The notes: a model not told the origin generated them from the letters alone. DNA of 64,000 nt from Thermoplasmata archaeon (GCA_036395115.1 DASWDU010000034.1:14941-78940); one strand, 5' to 3'; positions 1-10,062 are shown, counted from the first letter of the stretch. Program-made: numbers and translations.

Positions 1-610
1 GTCGGAAGACTTGCGGTGAATGTCATGAAGGCCACTCGCGGACCCCGGACCAGGATCGCGCGGAGCCGATCCTCCGGTCGTTCCAGGCGGACGAGCCCCT
101 GTTGCGCGAGCAACCGCGCATGGTATGTCGCGAGCTGGCGGCTGATGCCGAGGATCCCCGCCACGTCGGAGATCGGGGCGCCCGGAGCCCGGGCGAGCGC
201 GCGGAGGAAGCGTTCCTGGGTTCGAGAGCGGCCGTCGCCGTTCGCCGGTGCGCGGGCTTCGGCCGAGCGGTGCATCTTCCGTCCGTTCTGGGAGCGGGAG
301 CGGATGAGCCCCGCCCGCTCCAAGACGCGCAGGTGGTGTGTCAACCCTCCCGTGCTCAGTCCGAGGGCGCGCTTGATGTTCGTGAACGTCTCGCCCGGGT
401 GGGCCCGGACGTGGTCGTAGATCCTCCGGCGCAACGCCTGCTTGAGGGTCGCCGGGAACGCCGTGCCGTTCTCGAAGACGGGGCGCAGGACCGAAGTCCC
501 CTTGGCACCGGCTCGCACATCGTCCGGGCCGCCGCGCTTCGTCAGGAGCCGCGCCGCGGGCACGGGCTTCAGACTCGCGATGGCGTGGCGGGCGTCCTGG
601 TGTTCCATCC
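1..610 (-). CDS. Tandem winged-HTH transcriptional regulator, partial (3' end runs off the window)
   Basis: rc ATG at 608-610 with an open frame to the window edge. Two wHTH-like segments: '...TFTNIKRALGLSTGGLTHHLRVLERAGLI...' and '...ISDVAGILGISRQLATYHARLLAQQGLV...'. Missing from the ORF table only because it has no in-window stop. Confidence 0.5.
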
Positions 611-617
611 CTCCTCC

Positions 618-2582
618 TTACTTCCTGAAGTAGCCGTGGGTCCTCAACCAGATAAGGCTTACGGGAACTAGGATAATGAGGAGGGGGGCGTACTTCGAGG
701 AATGAAGCGACACAATGATCATGCTGTTGACCCACCCGGGGAGGCCCAAGGCCATGACGGAGGCCTCAAGCGCCTCCGGCGTCGACGAGTCGGCGTTGAT
801 CGTGACGCCATTCAGGACCTGCACTGTGACGCACGCGGGTTCTGAGTACAGACTCCCGTCGAGGGAACGCGCGCACACCTTGTGCTCCCCGTTCGGGACC
901 ACCAAGGTGTTCCACTCGAACGCCCACGTGCTCCAGGCGAGCGCGGGTCCGGTGTCCGTGGCGCTCGACCACGCGCCGTTGTCGATCTGAACCTGGACGA
1001 GCTGCACGCCCGGGGTGATGCCCGTGGACCCATGGACGAGGTACAGCCCCTGCACCGTGTCGCCGTTCGTCAGGTTCTCGAACGCGATCGCGGGCCGGTC
1101 GTTCCGGTTGTCCACGCACGCCGTGATCGTCGCGGGATCGGAGAACATCGACCCAGACCACGCGCGCGCGGAGAGGTACAGGCAGCCGTCGTTGCGGGCC
1201 GTCGTGTCCCACGCGCTGGCCCACGTCGTCCACGACGCGTCCGGGGATGTGTCCGTGGCGCTGTTCCACGGGCCGCCGGCGATGCTCACCTGCACGAGCC
1301 AGACCAGACCGTAGTCGTTCGACGCTCTCCCGTTGATCAGGACGAACCCGCGGACCGTCTCTCCGTCCGTCGGTTCTACGATCGATAGCGTCGGCGGGCC
1401 GGAGCTGTTGCCCACGTAGACCGCCGCGCAGACGATCTCGGAGTACTGGCTCCCGTCCCAGGCGCGGACGCACACCACGTGGTTCGCGTCGGCGTATGCC
1501 GTCGTGTCCCATTGGTACGCCCAGGAGGTCCACGACTTGTCCGGCGACGTATCCGTCGCGTTGCTCCACGCGCCGTCGTCGATGCGGACTTGCACGAGCT
1601 GCACGCGACCCGCGTCAGCCGGGCTGCCTGCCGTCCCGTGGACGAGGAGGATTCCCCGCACGGTCTCCGGGGGCGTGACGTTCCCGCTCGGCTGCACGAG
1701 ATGCACGAACGGCCGGTTGTCCACGAAGTACTCGTTCAACCACGGCCTCGAGTACAGGTCGCCGTCGAACGCGCGCGCAGCCACGACGTGCTGCCCCGTA
1801 TTGGCGCCCACCGTGTGCCAATCGAACGACCACTGCCCCCAATCCGAGGTTGTCGGGGTCGCATCCAACCAGTTCGCGCTATTCGGCGTGGGGTCGATTG
1901 CGACCTGGACGAGTTGGACCGCACCGCCCGCGCTCGGGTCTCCGGCCTCCCCGACGACGGTCACGTTGCCGGCGGCGGTGGTCCGGTTCGCCGGGGTCAA
2001 GATGCGGACCCAGGGCGGGTTCGCCACGATCACGCGGGTCGTCGCCTCCTGCGCCTCGTCAGAGGTCCACGCTCTCACGGTGATCGCGTGCGACCCGTCG
2101 GTGGCCGACGTGGAATCCCACAGCATCCTCCATGTGCCCCAGGTCTTGTTGACGGAAGTGTCGTTCGCGATCCACCAGTCGCCCGCGTCGACGCGGACCT
2201 TCACGCCAGTGAGCTGCGAATCGCTGGAAGCCTCGCCCCCGATCGCCACGGTCCCGCTTACCGTGGCGCCCGCTTTCGGGGTGCTAATCGACACGTGCGG
2301 TCCCGCATCCTGGATCAGGAAGAGGACCGTAAACGCGCTGAAGGCTAGCGCGATTAAAACGGCTGGAACCGGCCCCCTCTCTACCTTATCAACTCCACTT
2401 TCTAGGGAATGTATGCGACTACGCGGGTATAGCCGTTTCCGGTACGCGGTTTTCGCACTATAAGTAGGTTGTGGAGGCCGTTTTCGCGCCGCGCGGAGCC
2501 CGTCAGGGCGTTCGCTTGCTTTCTTCACGTAGTTTAGGACGGTCGGAACCGCCTGACCGTCCAAGGCGACGTGCGGATCCAT
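618..2582 (-). CDS. Cell-surface repeat protein: N-terminal hydrophobic signal/anchor, five ~95-aa repeats, C-terminal TM anchor
   Basis: Maximal ORF. Repeat signature 'VQLVQV.ID.G.W..ATDT....W..W...WDTT' occurs five times. Hydrophobic segments 'AVLIALAFSAFTVLFLI' and 'IIVSLHSSKYAPLLIILVPVSLIW'. No canonical start codon lies just before the N-terminal hydrophobic segment, so the true start is uncertain. Confidence 0.6.
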   Translation of the reverse strand: MDPHVALDGQAVPTVLNYVKKASERPDGLRAARKRPPQPTYSAKTAYRKRLYPRSRIHSLESGVDKVERGPVPAVLIALAFSAFTVLFLIQDAGPHVSISTPKAGATVSGTVAIGGEASSDSQLTGVKVRVDAGDWWIANDTSVNKTWGTWRMLWDSTSATDGSHAITVRAWTSDEAQEATTRVIVANPPWVRILTPANRTTAAGNVTVVGEAGDPSAGGAVQLVQVAIDPTPNSANWLDATPTTSDWGQWSFDWHTVGANTGQHVVAARAFDGDLYSRPWLNEYFVDNRPFVHLVQPSGNVTPPETVRGILLVHGTAGSPADAGRVQLVQVRIDDGAWSNATDTSPDKSWTSWAYQWDTTAYADANHVVCVRAWDGSQYSEIVCAAVYVGNSSGPPTLSIVEPTDGETVRGFVLINGRASNDYGLVWLVQVSIAGGPWNSATDTSPDASWTTWASAWDTTARNDGCLYLSARAWSGSMFSDPATITACVDNRNDRPAIAFENLTNGDTVQGLYLVHGSTGITPGVQLVQVQIDNGAWSSATDTGPALAWSTWAFEWNTLVVPNGEHKVCARSLDGSLYSEPACVTVQVLNGVTINADSSTPEALEASVMALGLPGWVNSMIIVSLHSSKYAPLLIILVPVSLIWLRTHGYFRK

Positions 2583-3710
2583 GTCGGACGATTCAGTGTG
2601 GCGTCGTTTACGTACTTCCCGATCGAGGGATGCTCCGTGGCCTGCGGAAGTCCGTCTCCGGCGACTTCATCCAGATGAACGGGCGCGGGCTCTCGGCGTT
2701 CGCGGCCCGGTACTCCCGGATCGCCGCTTTGAGCTCGCGGACGTTCCCGGGGTTCCGCCGGCGTGTTCGCCCGTCCATGAGGTCGGTGAGGCACCGTTTC
2801 GTCGCATTGTGCCACGAGGACCCCGCCGGGACGACGTGGATGCGGAATCGCGGGTGGTGGGCGAGCCACCGCTTCAACCGTTCCTCCGTCCGCACGGTGA
2901 CGTCGTCGAGGACGATGTGGATGTCACCCTCCGGTGGGACCGCCTCGTCGATGGCACGCAGGAACGCGAGGAACTCCTGACCCCGGTCGCGATGGTGGAA
3001 CTCCCGGATCGCGGTCCCGTCCACCAGGTCGAGTGCGTCGAGGAGGTCCACGGAGACCTCGTGCCGATGTGCCCGGCTCCGCACCTTCGGGGAGCTGCGC
3101 CTGATCGGGATGGCCGGCGTGGGCTCTAGGACCTCGGTCCGCGTCTCCCCGTGCACAGCGAATACGACGGCACGCTTAGGCGGGTCCAGGTACGACCCGA
3201 CGACGTCGACGTGCCGTTCCAGGAACCGAGCGTCGCTCCTGGGCGTTGGCGACCTCGCTTCAGGTGTGAGCCGATGCGCCCGCCATAATCGAGAAACGGT
3301 CATGTGGCTCACGCCGACGGCCTCCGCGAGCGTCCGCGTGGACCAGCGGTCGGTCCCGCGGCGTCGCCCTTGCAGCGTCTTCTCGAGGATGCGCCGTACG
3401 GTCCGGGCCGGGATCTCGGGCGTCCGCCCCGAGCGCGGGGCTTCCCGTTCGATGCCGACGAGGCGGAGGCGGTGGAATCGGGAGCGCCACTTTCCGACGA
3501 ACGGATCGCTCACCTCGAGGCGTCCCGCGATCGCTCGGTTGTCCAACCCCTTCGCCGCCAGGAGGACGACCTGGGACCGGAGGACGAGGCGGTGGGGCGC
3601 GGTCCGGCTCAGCGACCAACCGAGCAGGCGCCGCCGCTCCGCTCGAGAGAGTACGATGGTCGGAGCGACCCTCACGGCCCCGCATCGAAGTCCGCGATAT
3701 TAGTTTACCG
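2530..3710 (-). mobile_element. IS630-family insertion sequence (approximate ends)
   Basis: Single transposase gene with IS630-type HTH plus DDE_3 architecture. 'TAGTTTA' heptamers at 2530-2536 and 3701-3707 may mark the flanks. Clear TIRs were not resolved. Confidence 0.55.
2608..3675 (-). CDS. IS630-family DDE transposase
   Basis: N-terminal HTH 'LSRAERRRLL...', DDE core '...IVLDDVTVRTEE...HVVPAGSSWHN...' and the C-terminal '...RPFIWMKS' ending typical of IS630/Tc1-mariner transposases. Confidence 0.8.
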   Translation of the reverse strand: MRVAPTIVLSRAERRRLLGWSLSRTAPHRLVLRSQVVLLAAKGLDNRAIAGRLEVSDPFVGKWRSRFHRLRLVGIEREAPRSGRTPEIPARTVRRILEKTLQGRRRGTDRWSTRTLAEAVGVSHMTVSRLWRAHRLTPEARSPTPRSDARFLERHVDVVGSYLDPPKRAVVFAVHGETRTEVLEPTPAIPIRRSSPKVRSRAHRHEVSVDLLDALDLVDGTAIREFHHRDRGQEFLAFLRAIDEAVPPEGDIHIVLDDVTVRTEERLKRWLAHHPRFRIHVVPAGSSWHNATKRCLTDLMDGRTRRRNPGNVRELKAAIREYRAANAESPRPFIWMKSPETDFRRPRSIPRSGST

Positions 3711-3860
3711 CTTTTGTGTTACACGCACATGCGAAGGAGCCTGATTGAGCGTGGCGTCCTCCGATAGAGCGGGGTCTTGCCCTCATTTCCCGCAGCAATG
3801 CATAAATAGACCGCCACTCATTCATATCGATGGAGTGCAGGGGTTCCCGGGGGTTTTAAC

Positions 3861-4211
3861 ATGACGTGGCATCTATGTCATAGCTGTGGAAAAGTCGTTG
3901 ACGTCGACCCGTACGTTGAAGCGTGCCCCGAATGCGGGGTCCACATCCCGGTTCCGCCCCACGAGCGCGGCTGGATGGGTCCGCCGCCGCCTCCGCCTCC
4001 GATTCCGCCCATGTCCAGGATGTACGGCCCTCCGGGGTACGCCCGTCCGGTCAACCCTGCTTCGGTGGCGGCGTCCAGCCGGCCCGAGAACCCCGAGATT
4101 CGAACTCTCCTCGACAAGAACGCCGTGCTCGAGGAGGAGAACGCCAAGCTGAAGAGAGATCTGGCAGAGAAGGAAGCGGCGCGAATACGGGGAGTGGGGG
4201 AGGGGAACTAG
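3861..4211 (+). CDS. Small zinc-ribbon protein with Pro-rich linker and C-terminal coiled coil
   Basis: 'CHSCGKV...CPECG' CxxC pair, a PPPPPPPIPP tract, then 'LLDKNAVLEEENAKLKRDLAEKEAARI'. Confidence 0.5.
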   Translation: MTWHLCHSCGKVVDVDPYVEACPECGVHIPVPPHERGWMGPPPPPPPIPPMSRMYGPPGYARPVNPASVAASSRPENPEIRTLLDKNAVLEEENAKLKRDLAEKEAARIRGVGEGN

Positions 4212-4215
4212 CCAA

Positions 4216-5079
4216 GTGGACGTTGACGTACGCCTCCGGGAAGAAGTCGCTGGCAACCTGTACATCAGGACCATCACGATGGGCGCCTCGCCGGCGGCCA
4301 TGGAATGGTATTCCCGACGCCTGCCCGAGTTCGCGAAGCACGACTTGCCGAAGTACCGCGACCCCGGAGCGGCGTTCGCGGAGTTTGCCAGCATTCCTTT
4401 CGCGAACGTGCCACTCGCAAGTCCATTGCCCAGCGGCATCATGGTGAACCTCGCACAACGGGGCTTCTCCGGGATGAAGGGGATCTCCGACGTGCGGTTG
4501 TTGCAGACCGAAGTCGTACGGATGGGCCGGACGATCGGGGCGGAAATCCTCGCCTCCGAAGAGTCCGTGGCCTCGCGTTTCGACCGACTCGTCTACCCGG
4601 AGGAACGCATCGTCACGATCGGCTCGAGCAGCCTCTGCGAACGGGCGCTTGTGAATGCTCAAGCGCGCGGAAAGAAACCATCGGTTACAGTCTTGCTGGC
4701 GTCCGCCAAGCCCGAGACTCTGACGATCGGGAACCGCCTCACCCAGTCGAATCTCGACGTGTCCTATGGTTTCCTTGCCGACTCCATCCAACACGTTGGA
4801 TCCGCTGATCGCGTGGTCGTCGGCGCGCATCTGATCACGGAAGACGGCGACGTCGTCTCGTCACAAGGTGCGGATCTTCTCGCCCTTGCGGCGAAGCGGC
4901 TCGGCAAGCCGGTCATTGTCCTCGCGGGGCCGTTCAAGGCGGTCGGCCGATCGACCAATCATTATTCGGACTACCTTCGGATGGTCGACCTCGAACTGGA
5001 CTTCACGGTCGACCGCTACGCCGTGGGCACGCGCGACTTTTCGGTCGTCTCCCGGGACCTCATCGACGCGATTCTGTAG
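4216..5079 (+). CDS. eIF-2B alpha/beta/delta family protein (aIF-2B subunit-like)
   Basis: Family pattern '...IVTIGSSS...VLLASAKPE...VVVGAHLITEDGDVVSSQGADLLALAAKRLGKPVIVLAGPFK'. Confidence 0.65.
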   Translation: MDVDVRLREEVAGNLYIRTITMGASPAAMEWYSRRLPEFAKHDLPKYRDPGAAFAEFASIPFANVPLASPLPSGIMVNLAQRGFSGMKGISDVRLLQTEVVRMGRTIGAEILASEESVASRFDRLVYPEERIVTIGSSSLCERALVNAQARGKKPSVTVLLASAKPETLTIGNRLTQSNLDVSYGFLADSIQHVGSADRVVVGAHLITEDGDVVSSQGADLLALAAKRLGKPVIVLAGPFKAVGRSTNHYSDYLRMVDLELDFTVDRYAVGTRDFSVVSRDLIDAIL

Positions 5080-5126
5080 GCGATAGGCTTATCTGGTCCG
5101 TCGCTTGAGGGGGCCCTCCGGTCTCC

Positions 5127-6719
5127 GTGATCAACGAAGTCGTTTCCCTGACCCTCTTGATTGCGCTCCTCATCAGCGTCGCTCTCGATGCGGTCCACCG
5201 GACGAGCATCGCGATTGGAATCGCGTTTGCCGGCGTAGTGATCGGCTCGATCCTCCCGGAGACACGGGACGTGCCGGGGAAAGGGCTCCCCTATTTCGGC
5301 CCCGGGACTGCGCTCGGGGCGGTCAACTTCCAAACCCTCGTCTTCCTGGTGTTCATGGGCGTGTTCATGGCGATTATGCAACGAAGCGGCGCCTTCGACT
5401 GGGTGACGAAGACGCTGGTTCTGAAGAGTCGGATGCAGCCCGGCATCCTTTTCGTCCGGATCCTCCTCTTGTCGTACGCGATTTCGCTCTTCGTGAATAA
5501 CGTCACCGTCGTCTTCATCATGGTTCCCATCACGCTGAACATCTGTCGGCAGTTCGGCGTGAATCCCGTGCCGTTCAGCGTGGCACAGGTCGCCGCCATC
5601 AACCTCGGCGGTGCCTCGACGATGGTGGGCGATTTTCCGAACATCATCATCGCGACGTCGCAGAAGCCGATCGAACTGACCTTCTTGGATTTCCAGACGA
5701 ACATGTTCCCCGCCTGCTTCGCTCTCCTTGTGGCGGAGATCCTCCTGTTCAGCCGCATGCACCCCGAATACTTCACGCGCTTCGAGCCGGGGCCTGCGGC
5801 CCGCGCCTTTGCGGCGGACCTCGCCGAGCGTCGAAGCACGGCAATCACGGACAAGCGCCTCCTCCAGGTGTCCGTGTTGGTCCTGGCCGCCATGTTGGGC
5901 GCATTCGTCGTTTCGACGACGCTTCGGATTCCCATTGCGCTGATTCCGGTTGCCGGAGCCGGCAGCATCCTCATGATATACGAGGTGCGACTGCGATCGA
6001 GGCACCCGCTAGACGCTACGTTAGACAAGCTGCAACGCAGGAACATCATCGGCGACGAGATTTCCAAGGTCCTGAGCGAGGTGCACTGGGACGTCGTGCT
6101 ATTCCTCGCGGCCCTGTTCGTCGTGGTCGGATCGCTGGAGCATACCGACGTCCTCACGTGGGCGGCCAATTTCATTCTCGGGACCTCGCAAGGGAACCCT
6201 GTGCTCGCAGTCATACTCATCGTGGTCCTTGCATCCATCATCACCATGGGCGCGGAGGCGGGACCCGCGACGGCGGTCCTTATCCCGGTGATTAACCAAC
6301 TCACGGTGGCTGGGCTCGGGTCGGGGGGTTTGCTCTACTGGGCACAGTCGCTGGGTGTGCAGGCTGGGTCGAGTACCACGATGATCGGGGCCAACGAGGG
6401 TCCTCTGGCTGCACGGATGATCGAGCAGGACGCGCGGATACACAACGCTTCGGACAGACTGACTGCGAAGGGCTTCACCCGGATTGGCGCGCGCATGTGG
6501 CTCCTTTTCATTCCGCTTTCCATCGTTTACCTGACGGGCTTGATCTTCTTTGGTTGGATGGTCTCAGGGGCTGCGTTCGTCCTCGCCCTTGTCGGGTCCC
6601 TTTGGATTGCGGCCCGCGGACTTGGGGGGGGGGGCGGCCCAGGACCGGCGCCGAGCGTGGCGTCATCCCAAAGGGGACCGACGGCGCCGCCAGCGTCGCC
6701 ATCCCGACGGACCCGCTGA
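5127..6719 (+). CDS. ArsB/NhaD-superfamily anion permease, paralog 1; C-terminal ~30 aa probably artefactual or frameshifted
   Basis: GTG start 'MINEVVSL'. Polytopic membrane protein '...VNFQTLVFLVFMGVFMAIMQRSGAFDWVTKTLVLKS...'. After the G11 tract at 6624-6634 the frame yields 'GGGGGPGPAPS...RRTR', absent from paralog 2. Confidence 0.7.
   Translation: MINEVVSLTLLIALLISVALDAVHRTSIAIGIAFAGVVIGSILPETRDVPGKGLPYFGPGTALGAVNFQTLVFLVFMGVFMAIMQRSGAFDWVTKTLVLKSRMQPGILFVRILLLSYAISLFVNNVTVVFIMVPITLNICRQFGVNPVPFSVAQVAAINLGGASTMVGDFPNIIIATSQKPIELTFLDFQTNMFPACFALLVAEILLFSRMHPEYFTRFEPGPAARAFAADLAERRSTAITDKRLLQVSVLVLAAMLGAFVVSTTLRIPIALIPVAGAGSILMIYEVRLRSRHPLDATLDKLQRRNIIGDEISKVLSEVHWDVVLFLAALFVVVGSLEHTDVLTWAANFILGTSQGNPVLAVILIVVLASIITMGAEAGPATAVLIPVINQLTVAGLGSGGLLYWAQSLGVQAGSSTTMIGANEGPLAARMIEQDARIHNASDRLTAKGFTRIGARMWLLFIPLSIVYLTGLIFFGWMVSGAAFVLALVGSLWIAARGLGGGGGPGPAPSVASSQRGPTAPPASPSRRTR
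6624..6634 (+). repeat. G11 homopolymer inside the 3' end of permease paralog 1
   Basis: 'cttggggggggggcggccc' read directly from the sequence. Confidence 0.9.
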
Positions 6720-6956
6720 ACCGCAACGTACGGCGGTACGCGCGCTGAAGCCGGATGCGGGCGGAGAGGTGGCCTTCCCGGACCGGGTCGAGACTCGTGT
6801 CCTTGCCAGCCCCTGCCAGCCCGAGAACCTCACGATTGAGAAGCCAAACGCACCGTCGAGTCCCGCGGGGTCCAGCGGCTTCCTGGGCGACGCGATGAAT
6901 GTCGGGTCCGCCGATCCGGTGACCATCGGCGCCCGGCTGACTACCGAGTTGATGAC

Positions 6957-8447
6957 GTGATCAACGAAATCGTTTCCCTAGTCCTTCTGTTCTCGTTGCT
7001 CATCGCGGTCGCACTCGACGTGGCCCACCGGACGACGATCGCGATGGGGGTTGCGATTGCCGCAGTCGTGGTCGGCTCAATACTCCCATACGAAGGCACC
7101 GACCCAGCGAGGTTTGGCCAAGGGTACTTCCCGCCATGGGTCGCACTCCAAGCGGTCAACTTTGAGACCCTCATCTTCCTGGTCGGCATGGGGGTGTTCG
7201 TGGCGATCATGCAACAGAGCGGCGCTTTCGACTACGTGACGAAGACGCTCGTCCTCAAGAGCAAGATGCAGCCGGGCATCCTATTCGTCCGAATCCTACT
7301 CTTGTCGTACGGCATTTCGTGCTTCGTGAACAACGTCTCCGTCATCTTCATCATGGTCCCGATAACGCTCAACATCTGTCGGCAGTTCGGCCTCGACCCC
7401 GTGCCGTTCAGCGTGATACAGGTCGCCGTCATCAACCTCGGCGGGGCCTCGACGATGGTGGGCGATTTTCCAAACATCATCATCGCTACGTCGGGGACGA
7501 ACCTGTCCTTCGTGGACTTCCAGGTGAACATGTTTCCCGCCTGCTTTGCGCTTGTGATCGCGTCGATTCTCCTGTTCCGTCGCATGCACCGCGAATACTT
7601 CACGCGCTTCGAGCCGGGGCCTGCCGCCCGCGCCTTTGCGGCGGACCTCGCCGAGCGTCGCGACACCTCAATCACAGACCGGCGCCTCCTTCAGGCGTCC
7701 GTGGTGGTCCTAGTGGGCATGTTGGGCACATTAGTCTTCTCGACGCAGCTTGGGATCCCTCTCGCCCTGATTCCGGCCGTCGGGGCCGCCATCATCCTCA
7801 TCCTATACGAAATGCGCCTGCGCGTCAGGCAGCCCTCGGGCGCCGCGTTAGACAAGATCCAACGTAGGAACCTCATCGGCGACGAGGTCTCCAAGATCCT
7901 GAGTGAGGTGCACTGGGACGTCGTCCTGTTCCTCATGGCCCTGTTCGTCGTGGTCGGCTCACTGCAGGCGACCGCTGTCCTCGACTGGGCGGCCGATTTC
8001 ATTCTCGGTGCCTCGTCAGGCGACCCCTTGCGAGCTTCGATGCTCATCGTTGTCATCGGATCCATCGTTTCCCTCAGCGCTGCGGCAGGACCCGCGACGG
8101 CGGTCTTCGTCCCTGTGATCAAGAAGCTTTCTGGGGTCGGGTCCGGGGGGTTGCTTTACTGGGCTCTGTCGTTGGGGGTACAGGCTGGGTCGAGCACCAC
8201 CTTGATCGGGGCGAACGAAGGTCCCCTGGCCGCTCGGATGATCGAGCAGGACTCGCGGGCACACAACGCTTCGAGTCGATTGGATGCCAAAGGTTTCAGT
8301 CGGATTGGGGGGCGCTTGTGGCTCATGATGATTCCGCTCTCCATCCTTTACCTGGCGGGCATCATTACGCTCGGCTGGATCGTCTCGGTGGCGGCTCTCG
8401 TCATTGCCCTCGTCGGGTCCTTCTTGATTGCCGTCCGGGGAATCTAG
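6957..8447 (+). CDS. ArsB/NhaD-superfamily anion permease, paralog 2 (tandem duplicate)
   Basis: GTG start 'MINEIVSLV', near-identical N-terminus and overall collinearity with paralog 1; ends '...VGSFLIAVRGI'. Confidence 0.75.
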   Translation: MINEIVSLVLLFSLLIAVALDVAHRTTIAMGVAIAAVVVGSILPYEGTDPARFGQGYFPPWVALQAVNFETLIFLVGMGVFVAIMQQSGAFDYVTKTLVLKSKMQPGILFVRILLLSYGISCFVNNVSVIFIMVPITLNICRQFGLDPVPFSVIQVAVINLGGASTMVGDFPNIIIATSGTNLSFVDFQVNMFPACFALVIASILLFRRMHREYFTRFEPGPAARAFAADLAERRDTSITDRRLLQASVVVLVGMLGTLVFSTQLGIPLALIPAVGAAIILILYEMRLRVRQPSGAALDKIQRRNLIGDEVSKILSEVHWDVVLFLMALFVVVGSLQATAVLDWAADFILGASSGDPLRASMLIVVIGSIVSLSAAAGPATAVFVPVIKKLSGVGSGGLLYWALSLGVQAGSSTTLIGANEGPLAARMIEQDSRAHNASSRLDAKGFSRIGGRLWLMMIPLSILYLAGIITLGWIVSVAALVIALVGSFLIAVRGI

Positions 8448-8560
8448 GTTTCGGCTTCATGGGTCGGCGCGGGGCGAGCGATCGCGTCGGGATTGGCGAA
8501 GGCCAAACGATGGCGAAGGCCGGTCTCCCTTTGTCAACAAACGCGGCGGGCAGACGCCCT

Positions 8561-8995
8561 TCACAGGTGTCGCAACATCTTGTATCCGTCCTCGCCGTCC
8601 GTGTAGAAGTGTGGTAAGGCCGCCGAAATCTCGAACCCGTATCGCTTGTAGAACTGAATCGCCTCGGCGTTCGATACGCGGACCTCCAGCTCGATCCGCT
8701 TGAGGCCGCGCATTGCGCACGCCCGGAGGAAGGCGTCCATCATCGCGGTCCCGACGCCGCGGCGACGGAAACGCGCCGAAACGGCGAACATGAGGACGCG
8801 CGCCTGTCCGTCGGCCGTGATCACCGACGCCAGGAATCCGACCGGATGGCCGTCGAGATCCGCGACGAGGAAACCGTCCCGCCACCAGCGGTGGATGTCC
8901 AAGTACAGGGACGTCGGATAATTCTCCCGCAACGCCTCGCGCACGATCGAGGCGACCGCGGGGATATCGTTCGGGACGAACGGCCGGATGCGCAC
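8561..8995 (-). CDS. GNAT N-acetyltransferase (RimI-like)
   Basis: Probable GTG start 'VRIRPFVPNDIPAV...'. Acetyl-CoA motif '...RRRGVGTAMMDAFLRAC...' and 'YKRYGFE'. The upstream Arg/Pro-rich extension of the ORF is discounted. Confidence 0.7.
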   Translation of the reverse strand: MRIRPFVPNDIPAVASIVREALRENYPTSLYLDIHRWWRDGFLVADLDGHPVGFLASVITADGQARVLMFAVSARFRRRGVGTAMMDAFLRACAMRGLKRIELEVRVSNAEAIQFYKRYGFEISAALPHFYTDGEDGYKMLRHL

Positions 8996-9075
8996 GCGGG
9001 CAAACCGAAGGGCCCGCCCCTTTTCAAAATGACGGTGGTCGGCAAGCTCATGTCCTTCCGGACCGTTCGAAGGCC

Positions 9076-10062
9076 GTGCGCCTCGCGATCGAGCTCTCCG
9101 GCGAACACCCGACGCTCCCCCGCGCCGAGGTCTACGCGGCGATGGCGGCGGAGGGCGTGGAGGTCCGTGCGGCAACCTTCAACGCGAGGCTCCTGCGGTT
9201 GGAGGTCTCCGGCCCCGCGGGCCGCGCGGTCGGACGGCTCGGACTCGCCCACCTCGCCTCCGAGGAGGTCGCCGCGGGGGATTTCGAAACGGTTCGGTCG
9301 TTCGCTCGGGAGGCCGACCTGGAGGGACGCCGATTCCGGGTGCGCGCGGAGGGGATCGGCGTCGACATCGATGTGCGGTCCCTGGAGGGCGCCCTCGGCG
9401 CGGACTTCGCGCGGACCGGGAAGGTGGATCTCGATCGACCCGAGGTCGAGTACCGGCTGCTCGTTGGAGACGAGTTCGTTCTCGGGCGGGTCGTGCATCG
9501 AATGAACCGGTCCCGGCTCGAGGCGCGCAAAGTCGCGAAGCGGTCCTTCACCCTGCCGATCTCGCTGCATCCGAAGCTCGCGCGCGCGCTCGTGAACCTC
9601 GCCCGCGTCCCCCGGACCGGCACGCTGCTCGATCCGTTCTGCGGCACGGGAGGGATCGTCCTCGAGGCGGCCGACATCGGCATCGGAGCGTTGGGCACGG
9701 ACCGTGCCCGCCGCATGATCGTCGGGACCCGCCGCTCGATGCGTGCCCTCGACCTGTCCGCGGCGCTCGCCGTCGCTGACGCGGGGCTCCTCCCGATGCG
9801 ACGGGGGACGATTCAAGGGATCGCGACGGACCCACCGTACGGACGGGCGGCCTCGACGCGAGGCGAGCCGATCGGGCGGCTGTACGCGCGGGCGTTCGAC
9901 TCCTTCGCGGCCGTACTCCCGGCCGGAGGCCATGCGGCGGTCGTCCTGCCGAGCCCGAAGGCGATCGAGATCGCGTCGGCGCGGATGGAGCTCATCGAAC
10001 GCCACGAGCTCCGCGTGCACCGGTCCCTCGTCCGGCACTTCTGCGTCTTCGTCACGGCGTGA
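9076..10062 (+). CDS. tRNA (guanine10-N2) methyltransferase, Trm11/Trm-G10-like (THUMP plus class I methyltransferase)
   Basis: GTG start 'MRLAIELSGEHPTLP'. Methyltransferase motifs 'LDPFCGTGGI' and 'DPPYG'. Confidence 0.75.
   Translation: MRLAIELSGEHPTLPRAEVYAAMAAEGVEVRAATFNARLLRLEVSGPAGRAVGRLGLAHLASEEVAAGDFETVRSFAREADLEGRRFRVRAEGIGVDIDVRSLEGALGADFARTGKVDLDRPEVEYRLLVGDEFVLGRVVHRMNRSRLEARKVAKRSFTLPISLHPKLARALVNLARVPRTGTLLDPFCGTGGIVLEAADIGIGALGTDRARRMIVGTRRSMRALDLSAALAVADAGLLPMRRGTIQGIATDPPYGRAASTRGEPIGRLYARAFDSFAAVLPAGGHAAVVLPSPKAIEIASARMELIERHELRVHRSLVRHFCVFVTA

Noticed and set aside
16-671. Plus-strand ORFs 16-420 and 102-671 at the window start
   Set aside because: Arg-rich and motif-free. 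The minus-strand frame across the same region encodes two clean winged-HTH segments and is preferred.
2530-3707. Identical heptamer TAGTTTA on both sides of the IS630 transposase, as a target-site duplication
   Set aside because: IS630-family elements duplicate only TA. A 7-mer match within ~100-nt search windows is plausible by chance, so I use it only as a rough boundary hint.
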